64,000 nucleotides of DNA, taken from IMG/VR virus record IMGVR_UViG_3300021124_000001; one strand, given 5' to 3'. A program made the position numbers and the translations under genes. How positions within the stretch are numbered: position 1 is the first letter of the stretch; every line of letters begins with the position of its first letter. This stretch comes from a virus (lineage: Duplodnaviria; Caudoviricetes). The notes beneath the pieces were generated by a model. The model had not been told where the DNA came from and did no database searches. It saw only the letters and a list, made by a program, of their open reading frames with translations. Below, piece after piece: positions 1 through 8,890 of the stretch.

Positions 1-42
1 GCCGCACCGACCGAAAGGCCGCACCGACCGAAAGGCCGCACC
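1..42. repeat. 17-nt tandem repeat GCCGCACCGACCGAAAG x2.5 at window edge
   Basis: Directly visible. The last partial copy ends in GCCGCACCA, like a tRNA 3' end. May be an edge or assembly artefact. Confidence 0.6.
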
Positions 43-114
43 AAGTATAGCTGGAATTTACCAGTGAACCGGAAAGGAACAGCCGGGTACGGACGTCACG
101 AGGATAATAAGTCC

Positions 115-657
115 TCACCTATTCAATAAGTTTTTGGGATCTTCACGGAATCGAAAACTTATACTGATTCTGGCCTGATCTGTATCATTACACACCTGAT
201 GTGGTATTTGATTATCAAACAAGACAGGTGTAGATAAATCAAATTCAGCCACTTGTGTAAATGTAGCTGATGTGTCATATTTCCAATAATTTAATCCTGA
301 AGGTGTTTTGGACAATATTGGCTCCATATCACAGGTATACATTTTTGTTCGAGGTAAAGCACAATTCTGTATATCAAAATTTAAAGCCAAAGGATTGTTG
401 ATCTTATTGATAAAATCAATGTGACAATCTTGAATTGTGTTTGGCGGTACAATGATTATTCCGATTGATCGAACGTTTAGTTTTTTACTATCAAACCAGT
501 CCTTTATTAAAGGACATTTTTCTAATAGTTCCTGGTGTTGAACTTCATGGAATCCATGAACACGACCAGCAATAAAATTATTGACATACGGCCTTAACTG
601 TGATACAATCTGGTCGTATCCATCAACATTTATATGTGAAAAGTAAAATTTAGTCAT
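115..657 (-). CDS. putative 2OG-Fe(II) oxygenase/cupin-fold protein
   Basis: HxD (CHID), distal H (PHQV) and RISISFR strand; late-promoter-like ATAAATA just upstream on the - strand. Confidence 0.55.
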   Translation of the reverse strand: MTKFYFSHINVDGYDQIVSQLRPYVNNFIAGRVHGFHEVQHQELLEKCPLIKDWFDSKKLNVRSIGIIIVPPNTIQDCHIDFINKINNPLALNFDIQNCALPRTKMYTCDMEPILSKTPSGLNYWKYDTSATFTQVAEFDLSTPVLFDNQIPHQVCNDTDQARISISFRFREDPKNLLNR

Positions 658-669
658 AGCAATATTTAT

Positions 670-744
670 GGTGGTTATAGTGTAGTGGAAGCACCCGACT
701 CTGTGAAAGTCGTAGTATGGGATCGTTACCCATTAATCACCCCA
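670..744 (+). tRNA. tRNA-His(GTG)
   Basis: Cloverleaf, anticodon arm CGACT-CTGTGAA-AGTCG, G-1, encoded CCA. Confidence 0.9.
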
Positions 745-749
745 AATTT

Positions 750-825
750 GCCTGGTTGCGTAGAGAGGTTATACGTCTCCTTTACACGGAGAGCGATGTA
801 GGTTCGAGTCCTACACCAGGTACCA
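750..825 (+). tRNA. tRNA-Val(TAC)
   Basis: TCTCC-TTTACAC-GGAGA arm, GGTTCGAGTCC T-arm, CCA. Confidence 0.92.
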
Positions 826-872
826 AATTCGCTCTAACACACGGCGTACAATGAGATAAGTGGTGTGTTCTC

Positions 873-946
873 GCTCTCATAGTATAATGGTATTACACAT
901 CCTTGGTAAGGATGAGAACCAGGCTCGTTTCCTGGTGGGAGCACCA
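873..946 (+). tRNA. tRNA-Thr(GGT)
   Basis: CATCC-TTGGTAA-GGATG arm, CCA. Confidence 0.9.
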
Positions 947-1040
947 TATGAAAGCATTCTAAACTGGACGCAGGTTCTGTGAAGTAAGACCTCGGGGTAA
1001 TTGCCGAGAAGGTATGGAGAATAAGAATGCTTCCATATGG
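944..1040 (+). ncRNA. structured spacer RNA, 17-bp closing stem
   Basis: 944-960 pairs with 1024-1040 (16/17), with internal hairpins. Confidence 0.45.
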
Positions 1041-1051
1041 TAAATGCAACT

Positions 1052-1600
1052 CTAGCTGATGTTAGATTTATGTCCTCGTTTTGCGTGTGATAATTTCATA
1101 GCTTCAGACATAGTTTTTTTGTATTTTTCTGTTCTTGGTTTTTGAATTCTAGCTTTTGCCTTTTCAGAAATAGATTTTCTGCCGCTTGCAGTTATTGGTG
1201 ACGGCATAGATTTTAATGTGTTTCGTATTTTATCTTTAGTTTCTTGTGTATGCTTAGTTCCCAATTTTTTATTTCTAAGCATTTCACCGAATTCTATTTT
1301 TATAGAATCGAATAATCTACTATTCATATATCTTTGCTGTTTATCGGTTTTGCCTTTCATTAACATAAAAGCGTGTAACATTTTATAACGATTTGAACCT
1401 GTTGTCATTTTCGTTAACAACAAGTGGCATATAAAATGCTCTCTTGCTGTTAATTTTACTAAATTTTCTTTGGTGTCATTTCCACCAAAAGATTTGGGTA
1501 TTATGTGGTGTCGTTCAAGATATCCTACATTGTTATTTCTTAATTTGGCATTTTTTATTATAGAAAAATACCAGTTTTTATACTTAGAGTTATTAAACAT
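1052..1600 (-). mobile_element. HNH homing endonuclease with NUMOD3-like DNA-binding region, inside the tRNA array
   Basis: ERHHIIPKSFGG...NLVKLTAREHFICH HNH motif, KHTQETKDKI NUMOD3-like motif, very AT-rich, TATAAATA at 1624-1631 (-). Confidence 0.88.
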
Positions 1601-1646
1601 ATTTTACCTTATGTGGTTTGATATATTTATAAATTTTAAATTTTTT

Positions 1647-1725
1647 GGGGGGTGAGCTAGTCTGGTGATTTCAGCGACTGCCTGAAGAGCAGTAGAACTA
1701 GGTTCGATTCCTAGACCTCCCACCA
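1647..1725 (+). tRNA. tRNA-Phe(GAA)
   Basis: ACTGC-CTGAAGA-GCAGT arm, GGTTCGATTCC, CCA. Confidence 0.9.
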
Positions 1726-1732
1726 AGATTAT

Positions 1733-1809
1733 GCCTGAGTGATGGAATTGGTATACGTGCTTGATTCAAAATCAAGATTCTGTGGGTTCAAGTCCCACCT
1801 TAGGCACCA
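1733..1809 (+). tRNA. tRNA-Leu(CAA), short variable loop
   Basis: CTTGA-TTCAAAA-TCAAG arm, CCA. Confidence 0.88.
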
Positions 1810-1831
1810 ATAAAGAATACACTTAACTTAT

Positions 1832-1908
1832 GCGGATGTAGCCGAATTGGTATAGGCAACAGACTTAAACCCTGTAATCTGCGAGTTCGAGTCTCGCCTT
1901 CCGCACCA
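1832..1908 (+). tRNA. tRNA-Leu(TAA), short variable loop
   Basis: ACAG stem around CTTAAAC loop, GTTCGAGTC, CCA. Confidence 0.85.
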
Positions 1909-1921
1909 TATATATACATGT

Positions 1922-1996
1922 AGCAGGCTGGTGAAATGGTATCACAGAGGACTCATAATCCTCAATTCCTAGTTCGACTCTAGGGCACTGCAACCA
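1922..1996 (+). tRNA. tRNA-Met(CAT) (initiator or Ile2 identity not resolved)
   Basis: GAGGA-CTCATAA-TCCTC arm, 1:72 mismatch, CCA. Confidence 0.85.
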
Positions 1997-2002
1997 ATTA
2001 CT

Positions 2003-2076
2003 GCGGGGTTCGTATAGTGGTAATACCTTAGCCTTCCAAGCTAAAGCGAGGAGTTCGATTCTCCTACCCCGCTCCA
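2003..2076 (+). tRNA. tRNA-Gly(TCC)
   Basis: TTAGC-CTTCCAA-GCTAA arm, CCA. Confidence 0.93.
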
Positions 2077-2077
2077 C

Positions 2078-2569
2078 TTATTTTGTAAGTTCATGGAACA
2101 AAACTGTTCCAAACGGTACTATCACACACAACAACGAAAAAAATAATAAACAAGTCACTATCATTTCACCTTGTTCTTTTTTTCTTTTTCGTTCATATTC
2201 TTCCTGCTCTCTTTGCGCCTTGGCCCTTTCTTTAGCCAACTCAATTCTTTGGCGCATCATGTCTTGATATACTTCACCATTTCCGCTGTAGATTAGTATA
2301 TCTTTTAGTTCTTTTTCATTGTCTCTAAATGTTTTGGCCGCAAAGGCAATCTCAAGTGCCATCTTGTAGATTTCAGCATTGGACCTTGTTGCTTTTTCAG
2401 TTCTTATTTTGTTTGTTGCCATGTACACTTCTGTACTTGCACTATAGAACTTACTGAACTCACCTATTAGTTGGCCAATATCTTGTCCCAGGGCTTTCGC
2501 CTTCTTTATAGTATTCACTGCTTGTTGTGCTGTAGTTATTGCTACAGTTATACTGATAGGGTCAAACAT
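2078..2569 (-). CDS. hypothetical coiled-coil protein with C-terminal TM helix
   Basis: ORF, hydrophobic C-terminus. Confidence 0.75.
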   Translation of the reverse strand: MFDPISITVAITTAQQAVNTIKKAKALGQDIGQLIGEFSKFYSASTEVYMATNKIRTEKATRSNAEIYKMALEIAFAAKTFRDNEKELKDILIYSGNGEVYQDMMRQRIELAKERAKAQREQEEYERKRKKEQGEMIVTCLLFFSLLCVIVPFGTVLFHELTK

Positions 2570-2648
2570 CAATCACCTTCGTAGGTTTGTCTTTATTTCT
2601 CCATTCTAAAATTATAACTTTTGGTCATAAACATCAATCGTTCATGCT

Positions 2649-3236
2649 TTATTTGTTGGCTAATGGATTATCAATAGCCTTTTGAATCTTCTGGTCAACT
2701 TCCTTTTTAAGCACTTCAACTTCTTTACTGATTTCTCGTCTTGCATCGGCCATTTCTTTGCGAATAGCATTGACTTCGGAACGTGCCTTATCTAAATCCT
2801 CACGTATGTCTTTACGTGCTTGTCTCATCTCTTGGTCTGTTTCACGTTGTGAAGTTTTAACTGAACGTTCAATCTGTTCCGTTACAGATTCGTTACGGCG
2901 AATGTCATTCTTCAAATCATTCTTAATGTCTCGTGTGTAATCACCAGTCTTTTGGTTTGTTTCTTCAATCACAGCCAATCGTTTGTCAAATTCGGACAAA
3001 TCTGGTGCAGAATACTCAGAAATCTTCTTCTTCATTGTCTGATAGTCTTTATAAACCTCAAACGCACCATACAAACCACCAAGAGTAGAAGAAACGATTG
3101 TAAATGCAACCATCAATTTTGCTGGAGTAAACTCATAACCACCAATACTGATTACAGTATCTTTACTTGCATACTTCTTAGCGGCCGCTTCAAGTTCATC
3201 AACTTTTGCATTCACATCTTTGATTTCTTCCGTCAT
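2649..3236 (-). CDS. membrane-anchored coiled-coil protein
   Basis: One TM segment followed by a long heptad-rich region; GGAG RBS. Confidence 0.8.
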   Translation of the reverse strand: MTEEIKDVNAKVDELEAAAKKYASKDTVISIGGYEFTPAKLMVAFTIVSSTLGGLYGAFEVYKDYQTMKKKISEYSAPDLSEFDKRLAVIEETNQKTGDYTRDIKNDLKNDIRRNESVTEQIERSVKTSQRETDQEMRQARKDIREDLDKARSEVNAIRKEMADARREISKEVEVLKKEVDQKIQKAIDNPLANK

Positions 3237-3248
3237 CTAATACTCCAT

Positions 3249-3671
3249 TTATTTTTCAAACTTTAAGGATCTCAAGTTGTTCAATTCACTTTCTAACTTT
3301 TGAATTTCAATTCTTCTCTTTTCCAATTCAAGTTGATATAAAATATCACAATCAACTCTTCCCTTAGGCATACCAATTGGTATAACTATTCTACCATAAA
3401 CACCAACATTTTTTGATTGTGGGTTTGTACTTGGGTCGGTTGAAATTGTTGTGGTTGATGTTGTCGTATTATTGTTACTCAGAACACCAACAACACCAAA
3501 TTCAACGTTAACACCAGAACCAATGGCCATCGTACAATCTAAATCACCAGCTCTAAATCTATCTGATTGGTAATTTCCTGGTGCACTAGGAATTGCCAAA
3601 TTAAGAGATCCGTTCTGTGCTTCACTTAAATTACAAAACATCAACAATGCAATAATGATATAATGTTTCAT
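3249..3671 (-). CDS. secreted hypothetical protein
   Basis: Signal peptide MKHYIIIALLMFCNLSEA, two Cys, C-terminal coiled coil. Confidence 0.75.
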   Translation of the reverse strand: MKHYIIIALLMFCNLSEAQNGSLNLAIPSAPGNYQSDRFRAGDLDCTMAIGSGVNVEFGVVGVLSNNNTTTSTTTISTDPSTNPQSKNVGVYGRIVIPIGMPKGRVDCDILYQLELEKRRIEIQKLESELNNLRSLKFEK

Positions 3672-4042
3672 TTCACTTTTGAACAAATTTTTGAATATAT
3701 TACAGTGTTCTGTAGAGCATCTTTTTTAATCTTAGATTCGGTACAAATATAAGTAACTTTTTTTACATCCTCTTTCTTAACATAAACATTAATATCTTTT
3801 GTTTGTAGATATTTCACATATATGATTTTATTTTCTGATGCAAACGGAACTCCATTCCAATCAGCATCAAAAACAGACAATTCATAATACTCAACTTCTT
3901 TCCTTTTATTAAACAACTGCATTTTTGTATACATAACTCCTTCAATAAAAGAATATTGGAAGGTTGGATATGTCGGCAAAAACTGATGAGCATTTACATA
4001 CCCACTAAACATCAAAAGAAGCATAACGACATAACGAAACAT
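3668..4042 (-). CDS. secreted beta-rich protein (pilus-chaperone-like?)
   Basis: Signal peptide ending VNA, beta-strand pattern, paired C-terminal Cys. Confidence 0.65.
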   Translation of the reverse strand: MFRYVVMLLLMFSGYVNAHQFLPTYPTFQYSFIEGVMYTKMQLFNKRKEVEYYELSVFDADWNGVPFASENKIIYVKYLQTKDINVYVKKEDVKKVTYICTESKIKKDALQNTVIYSKICSKVK

Positions 4043-4060
4043 AATATACCTTTTACATTT

Positions 4061-4558
4061 TTAAATTGCGATACAAGAAGCGGTTACAATTGCAGTATAT
4101 GTTCCTGCTGGATACGCTTTGTTGTATCCGTATGTTGCAGTAGAATCTGCACTAAACCAAACAGAACCTGGAAGTTTTAGGTCAACTTCGGTTGTATTGC
4201 CAAAAACTCTTTTGTTTGTTGAATATACAGACATATTTGAATCTGAAACTCTAGCAACATTAACAACCCCTGTCCAAACAACATTGTCAGTCAATTGTGG
4301 TGATGATGAAAATGATGTTGGTGTTGTGATAGATGCTTTGTAGAAACCGCCTTGTACAACATCATAACGAACAAGAGGTTCTACGCCACCATCCGTTGGA
4401 AGTGTACTCAAAAGACCTGGTGACGGGTTACCATAAACACCAGCAGTTTCGGTATAAATTACACATCTTGAAGTAACAACACCAGTGATTGGTATATCTG
4501 TTGATGATGCTAAAATTGGCATTGCCAATAGAGCAGAAAGTAATACTTTTTTAAACAT
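4061..4558 (-). CDS. secreted fimbrial-subunit-like protein
   Basis: Signal peptide, N-terminal ITGVVTSRC, C-terminal PAGTYTAIVTAS resembling chaperone-usher pilin ends. Confidence 0.55.
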   Translation of the reverse strand: MFKKVLLSALLAMPILASSTDIPITGVVTSRCVIYTETAGVYGNPSPGLLSTLPTDGGVEPLVRYDVVQGGFYKASITTPTSFSSSPQLTDNVVWTGVVNVARVSDSNMSVYSTNKRVFGNTTEVDLKLPGSVWFSADSTATYGYNKAYPAGTYTAIVTASCIAI

Positions 4559-4586
4559 TTTTTATTTCCTTTTAGTTTTTATAATG

Positions 4587-5459
4587 TTACCTATTAAATT
4601 GTAAATCTACCATTTCTCCGTGCAATTTCTCTTGTGCCATTCCGAGACTTCTTGCCTTCCTAGAATCAGGCAGTTTCTTGTCAACATATTTAATTGTTTC
4701 ATTATAAGTCCCACCCGGTATATTTAGTCGATATTGATCCATTCCAGGTATGTTATTCATCTTCTCCAACTGCACGGCAACCTGAGCGGCTTCTTTACTG
4801 ACTATTGCATTTACGATTGTCTTCTTTTCGGCCGCCAATTTATCGTTCTTTTTTTCTTTATTTTCAGGTGGCGGTGGGTTCTTCTGTTGTTCATCTACAG
4901 GAGGTGGCGGAGCATTTAATGCATCTTTAACGTATTGATTGGATAATGGATCAATAGGTTGAGCCGCATCCATTGTTACCTTTTTCAACATGGCATCATC
5001 ATAACCAGGACAACTAGGAGAACTAAGTGGGTTATTCAAACAAGTGTCATATTTGTATTGATAATATACTAAAGGATTTTGGACCTGACCTTTTCCATCA
5101 ATTGAAATCTGACCATCACCCCAATATGCACTAGGAATGTTGTTTACAGGAACAACTTTAGTTATAGAATTTCCAGGTAAACCAGACCAATCATCTACAC
5201 TTCTAAAAATATATCCAGTTCCTAATGCATTTTTGTTTTGTATTGAAACCGTCATGGGATCAGCAGGTTTTTTAACTGCTGTATATTGATAGATCACATC
5301 ATTGATAGTTAAACCTGTTACAGAAGGAATAACATTCGTCATTGTCCAATTTAAGCCCTGTTGAGCCGCATTGGAAGTTGTATTGTTTATTATTTCAGTG
5401 TACGAGTAGCAAGAGTAAAGTAGCAATGCCACCAATACCAAACATCGTTTTAGCGTCAT
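4587..5459 (-). CDS. secreted hypothetical protein with Pro-rich linker
   Basis: Signal peptide, C-x(8)-CPGY motif, poly-Pro. Confidence 0.75.
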   Translation of the reverse strand: MTLKRCLVLVALLLYSCYSYTEIINNTTSNAAQQGLNWTMTNVIPSVTGLTINDVIYQYTAVKKPADPMTVSIQNKNALGTGYIFRSVDDWSGLPGNSITKVVPVNNIPSAYWGDGQISIDGKGQVQNPLVYYQYKYDTCLNNPLSSPSCPGYDDAMLKKVTMDAAQPIDPLSNQYVKDALNAPPPPVDEQQKNPPPPENKEKKNDKLAAEKKTIVNAIVSKEAAQVAVQLEKMNNIPGMDQYRLNIPGGTYNETIKYVDKKLPDSRKARSLGMAQEKLHGEMVDLQFNR

Positions 5460-5943
5460 TACTAATTCCTTCCGGTTTTTCTTCGGTGTTTCCAGGCTGA
5501 AGTGCTTTATTTGCTTTCCACGACTCTTTAGCTTCCAAACCAATAGTTCCATCATATGGACACGGAGTTCCTGCCATCATCATCGCATCAAATACTCGTT
5601 TGTCCTGACATAGTGTGGATACGGCAGCAACTTTCATGCCCATATCATAAAGTGTTTTGGACAACTTCAATCTTTCACAGTTCATATCTTTAACTGTGGT
5701 TCCTGCTGAAATACCTAGAATTTGAGTTTGAACGGCACCTGCAACACCAACTGTACACAAATCTGAATTGGAAAAGTTCATTGTTGGTATCATTGCAGAT
5801 GGTGGTGGTGATTTTACTGTAGTGACACCATTGGAGTATGAATTAACTGTACTCGTTGAGGTTGAATCTGTCACAATTGGCTGTGAGAAGGCCAAGCTAC
5901 AATGTATAAATGCCAAAACCATTAAAATAAATTTTATATTCAT
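5395..5943 (-). CDS. secreted Cys-rich protein with C-terminal TM anchor
   Basis: Signal peptide, 4 Cys, hydrophobic C-terminus. Confidence 0.75.
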   Translation of the reverse strand: MNIKFILMVLAFIHCSLAFSQPIVTDSTSTSTVNSYSNGVTTVKSPPPSAMIPTMNFSNSDLCTVGVAGAVQTQILGISAGTTVKDMNCERLKLSKTLYDMGMKVAAVSTLCQDKRVFDAMMMAGTPCPYDGTIGLEAKESWKANKALQPGNTEEKPEGISNDAKTMFGIGGIATLLLLLVH

Positions 5944-5960
5944 CCATATCTCCATGTCTA

Positions 5961-5989
5961 TTGACTTTTAATTGTCTATGCTGTACAAT
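5961..5989 (+). promoter_or_regulatory. sigma70-type promoter for the replication operon
   Basis: TTGACT-17-TACAAT. Confidence 0.6.
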
Positions 5990-6032
5990 CAATCATAAGT
6001 ATATTTATGCAAACTCAACTATTGGAGAATTT

Positions 6033-6338
6033 ATGAAGATTATTGCTATGAAATTGGTCACCGGAGAAGATGTTCTTGGAGAAGTCCAAACAGAATCCGA
6101 AACAGAATTTGTTATTGAAAATGCGGTAGGAATTGCTGTTGTCCGTGGCCAGAACGGTCCAAATGTAGGTTTTGCACCTTTTCCACTTCATGCACCACAG
6201 GAAAAAGGTGCAACGGTTGTATTGGCTAAGAAACATGTTGTATACTCTTATGTTCCTGCCGAAGACTTTGTTGAAAATTACAAGCAAATCTTCGGTGTTG
6301 GCATCGTTCTTCCTAACAAACAAATTATTACAGGCTAA
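6033..6338 (+). CDS. Sm-like hypothetical protein
   Basis: KLVTGEDVLG N-terminal motif, GGAG RBS, coupled to gp43. Confidence 0.7.
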   Translation: MKIIAMKLVTGEDVLGEVQTESETEFVIENAVGIAVVRGQNGPNVGFAPFPLHAPQEKGATVVLAKKHVVYSYVPAEDFVENYKQIFGVGIVLPNKQIITG

Positions 6339-8881
6339 TGAATTTCTATACAAACGTACAATGCTTCGGTAATTCCATTCTTTACCGAGGCGTTATGGAT
6401 GGCAAAAGAGTCAAGCAAAGAATTGACTATCAGCCATCACTCTACATCCACAGCAAAAATGGCACCTACAAGTCATTAGATGGAACTCCACTACACCGCA
6501 AGAAGTTTGATGACATCAAAGAGGCTCGTGAGTACATCAAAGGCTTTACCGGTGTTGCTGGTGGTCCTAAAATCTATGGAAATACTCGATATGAGTATGC
6601 TTTCATCGGTGAACAACATCCAGGTATGGTCGAATGGGATCAAGAACATGTTACGATTGGTGTAATCGATATTGAGGTTGGTTCTGAGAATGGTTTCCCT
6701 GATCCATATTTGGCCAACGAACCAATCACCGCTATCTGTCTGAAATACATCAACGGCATGACCTTGGTCTTTGGTTGTGGTGATTATGAAGTGCAGGGCA
6801 ATGAACACTATATCAAATGCAAAGATGAATGGACACTTTGCAAACAATTCCTCAAACATTGGCAAAATAACACACCAGATGTACTGACTGGCTGGAACAC
6901 CAAGTTCTTCGATATTCCATATTTGATTAACCGCTTCCGTAAAATTCTCGGTGAAGATGAAGCCAAGTTGTTGTCACCGTGGAAGTTTATTGGTGAACGT
7001 AAGACTATCATTAATGGCCGTCAGATGATCGCATATGACATCATGGGTGTCGCATCACTTGATTATATTGAATTATACAGATGGTATGCTCCTGATGGTA
7101 AGTCACAAGAGTCTTATCGTTTGGATGCCATTGCTAATGCTGAGATTGGTGAAAACAAATTGTCCTATGATGAGTTCGACAACTTGCACCAACTATATCG
7201 TTTGAACTTTCAAAAGTTTATTGAGTATAACATCAAAGACGTTGAACTGATTATCAAACTGGAAGACAAACTAAAGTTATTGGAACTTGCACTGACTCTA
7301 GCATATGATACTAAGTGTAACTATGAAGATGTGTTTGCACAGACTCGTATGTGGGATGCATTGACATACAACCGGCTAATGCAAGACAACATTGTTGTTC
7401 CACCACGTGATGTACAAGACAAAGATGGTGCATTTGAAGGTGCGTATGTGAAAGAGGTTCAAGTTGGTGCTCACGATTGGGTTGCATCATTTGACTTGAA
7501 CAGTTTGTATCCTCACTTGATGATGCAATACAACATCAGTCCTGAAACATTGATTGAGCCAGAAGACTACACGGATGAAATGCGTAATGTTTTGTCACAA
7601 GGTTTAAGCGTTGATAAATTGTTGCTTAAGTCAGTTGACCTATCAAATTTGCAAGGTGTGACTTTAACACCAAACGGCCAATTCTTTCGGACAGACAAAC
7701 AAGGTTTCTTGCCAAAGATGATGGCTGAGATGTATGAAGATCGTAAGAAATTCAAAAAGATGATGTTGGCCGCAAAGCAGGATTATGAAAATGAAAAAGA
7801 TGATTCCAAGAAGTATGACATCGAAAAGCGAATCGCAAGATTTAATAACCTACAACTTGCAAAGAAAGTTTCTCTCAATTCTGCTTATGGTGCGCTTGGT
7901 AGCCAGTATTTCCGCTTTTATGATCTCCGAATGGCTCTTGGGGTCACTACTGCTGGTCAGTTGTCTATTCGATGGATTGAAAAGAAACTGAATGAGTACA
8001 TGAACAAGATATTGATGACAAGTGGTGTTGATTACGTCATTGCTTCAGATACAGATTCGATTTACTTGAAACTTGGTCCTTTGGTGAACAGTGTTTATGG
8101 TGCCGGTGGTACAGTTGCACTTCCAAAGATTAAAGTGATTGATTTCATGGATCGTGTATGTAAAAGCAAGATTGAACCATACATCGATAAATCTTATCGT
8201 GAGTTGGCTGATTACGTTCATGCGTATGCACAGAAGATGCAGATGAAACGTGAAGCACTTGCCGACAAGGGTATTTGGACTGCAAAGAAACGTTACATCA
8301 TGAACGTGTATGACAATGAAGGCGTTCGTTATAATGAACCTGACCTGAAAGTCATGGGTCTTGAAATGATTAAGTCTTCTACTCCTGCGGCTGTCCGTGA
8401 GAAGATGAAGGAATCGATTTACATTATGATTAGTGGCACCGAACAAGACATGCACAAGTTCATTGCTGACTTCCGTAAATACTTCCGTCAGTTGCCACCT
8501 GAAGACATCTCTTTCCCACGAGGTATCAACGGACTGAGTAAGTATTCGGATGCCGCTACGCTATATAAATCAGGGACACCGATTCATGTGAAAGGTGCAA
8601 TCATATACAACCACAATCTGGAAAAGTTCAATCTCACCAAGAAATATCCGAAGATTCAGGAAGGTGAGAAAATCAAATTCTCGTATCTATTGATGCCGAA
8701 TCCATTCAAAGATACCGTTATCTCCTATCCGGCAAGATTGCCAAAAGAATTTGACATTAACAGATATATCGATTATGATACACAATTCGAAAAGACTTTC
8801 CTTGAACCCATTAAGGTCATTCTTGACTGTATGAATTGGTCGACCGAACAACAAAGCACACTTGAAGATTTTTTTAGTTAA
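6338..8881 (+). CDS. 43: family B DNA polymerase, T4 gp43-like
   Basis: Exonuclease DIEV, SFDLNSLYP, KVSLNSAYG, SDTDS, KKRY motifs. Confidence 0.98.
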   Translation: MNFYTNVQCFGNSILYRGVMDGKRVKQRIDYQPSLYIHSKNGTYKSLDGTPLHRKKFDDIKEAREYIKGFTGVAGGPKIYGNTRYEYAFIGEQHPGMVEWDQEHVTIGVIDIEVGSENGFPDPYLANEPITAICLKYINGMTLVFGCGDYEVQGNEHYIKCKDEWTLCKQFLKHWQNNTPDVLTGWNTKFFDIPYLINRFRKILGEDEAKLLSPWKFIGERKTIINGRQMIAYDIMGVASLDYIELYRWYAPDGKSQESYRLDAIANAEIGENKLSYDEFDNLHQLYRLNFQKFIEYNIKDVELIIKLEDKLKLLELALTLAYDTKCNYEDVFAQTRMWDALTYNRLMQDNIVVPPRDVQDKDGAFEGAYVKEVQVGAHDWVASFDLNSLYPHLMMQYNISPETLIEPEDYTDEMRNVLSQGLSVDKLLLKSVDLSNLQGVTLTPNGQFFRTDKQGFLPKMMAEMYEDRKKFKKMMLAAKQDYENEKDDSKKYDIEKRIARFNNLQLAKKVSLNSAYGALGSQYFRFYDLRMALGVTTAGQLSIRWIEKKLNEYMNKILMTSGVDYVIASDTDSIYLKLGPLVNSVYGAGGTVALPKIKVIDFMDRVCKSKIEPYIDKSYRELADYVHAYAQKMQMKREALADKGIWTAKKRYIMNVYDNEGVRYNEPDLKVMGLEMIKSSTPAAVREKMKESIYIMISGTEQDMHKFIADFRKYFRQLPPEDISFPRGINGLSKYSDAATLYKSGTPIHVKGAIIYNHNLEKFNLTKKYPKIQEGEKIKFSYLLMPNPFKDTVISYPARLPKEFDINRYIDYDTQFEKTFLEPIKVILDCMNWSTEQQSTLEDFFS

Positions 8882-8890
8882 AGGTGACAT

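Noticed and set aside
1-42. Functional tandem repeat or ribozyme
   Set aside because: Only 2.5 copies at the sequence edge, no CUGANGA core; could be an assembly artefact.
834-1049. 71-aa minus-strand ORF
   Set aside because: Antisense shadow of tRNA-Thr and the structured spacer.
1865-2077. 70-aa minus-strand ORF
   Set aside because: Antisense shadow of three tRNAs.
6338-8881. Intein or intron in gp43 (also checked gp41, NrdA, NrdB)
   Set aside because: Lengths are normal and motifs contiguous.
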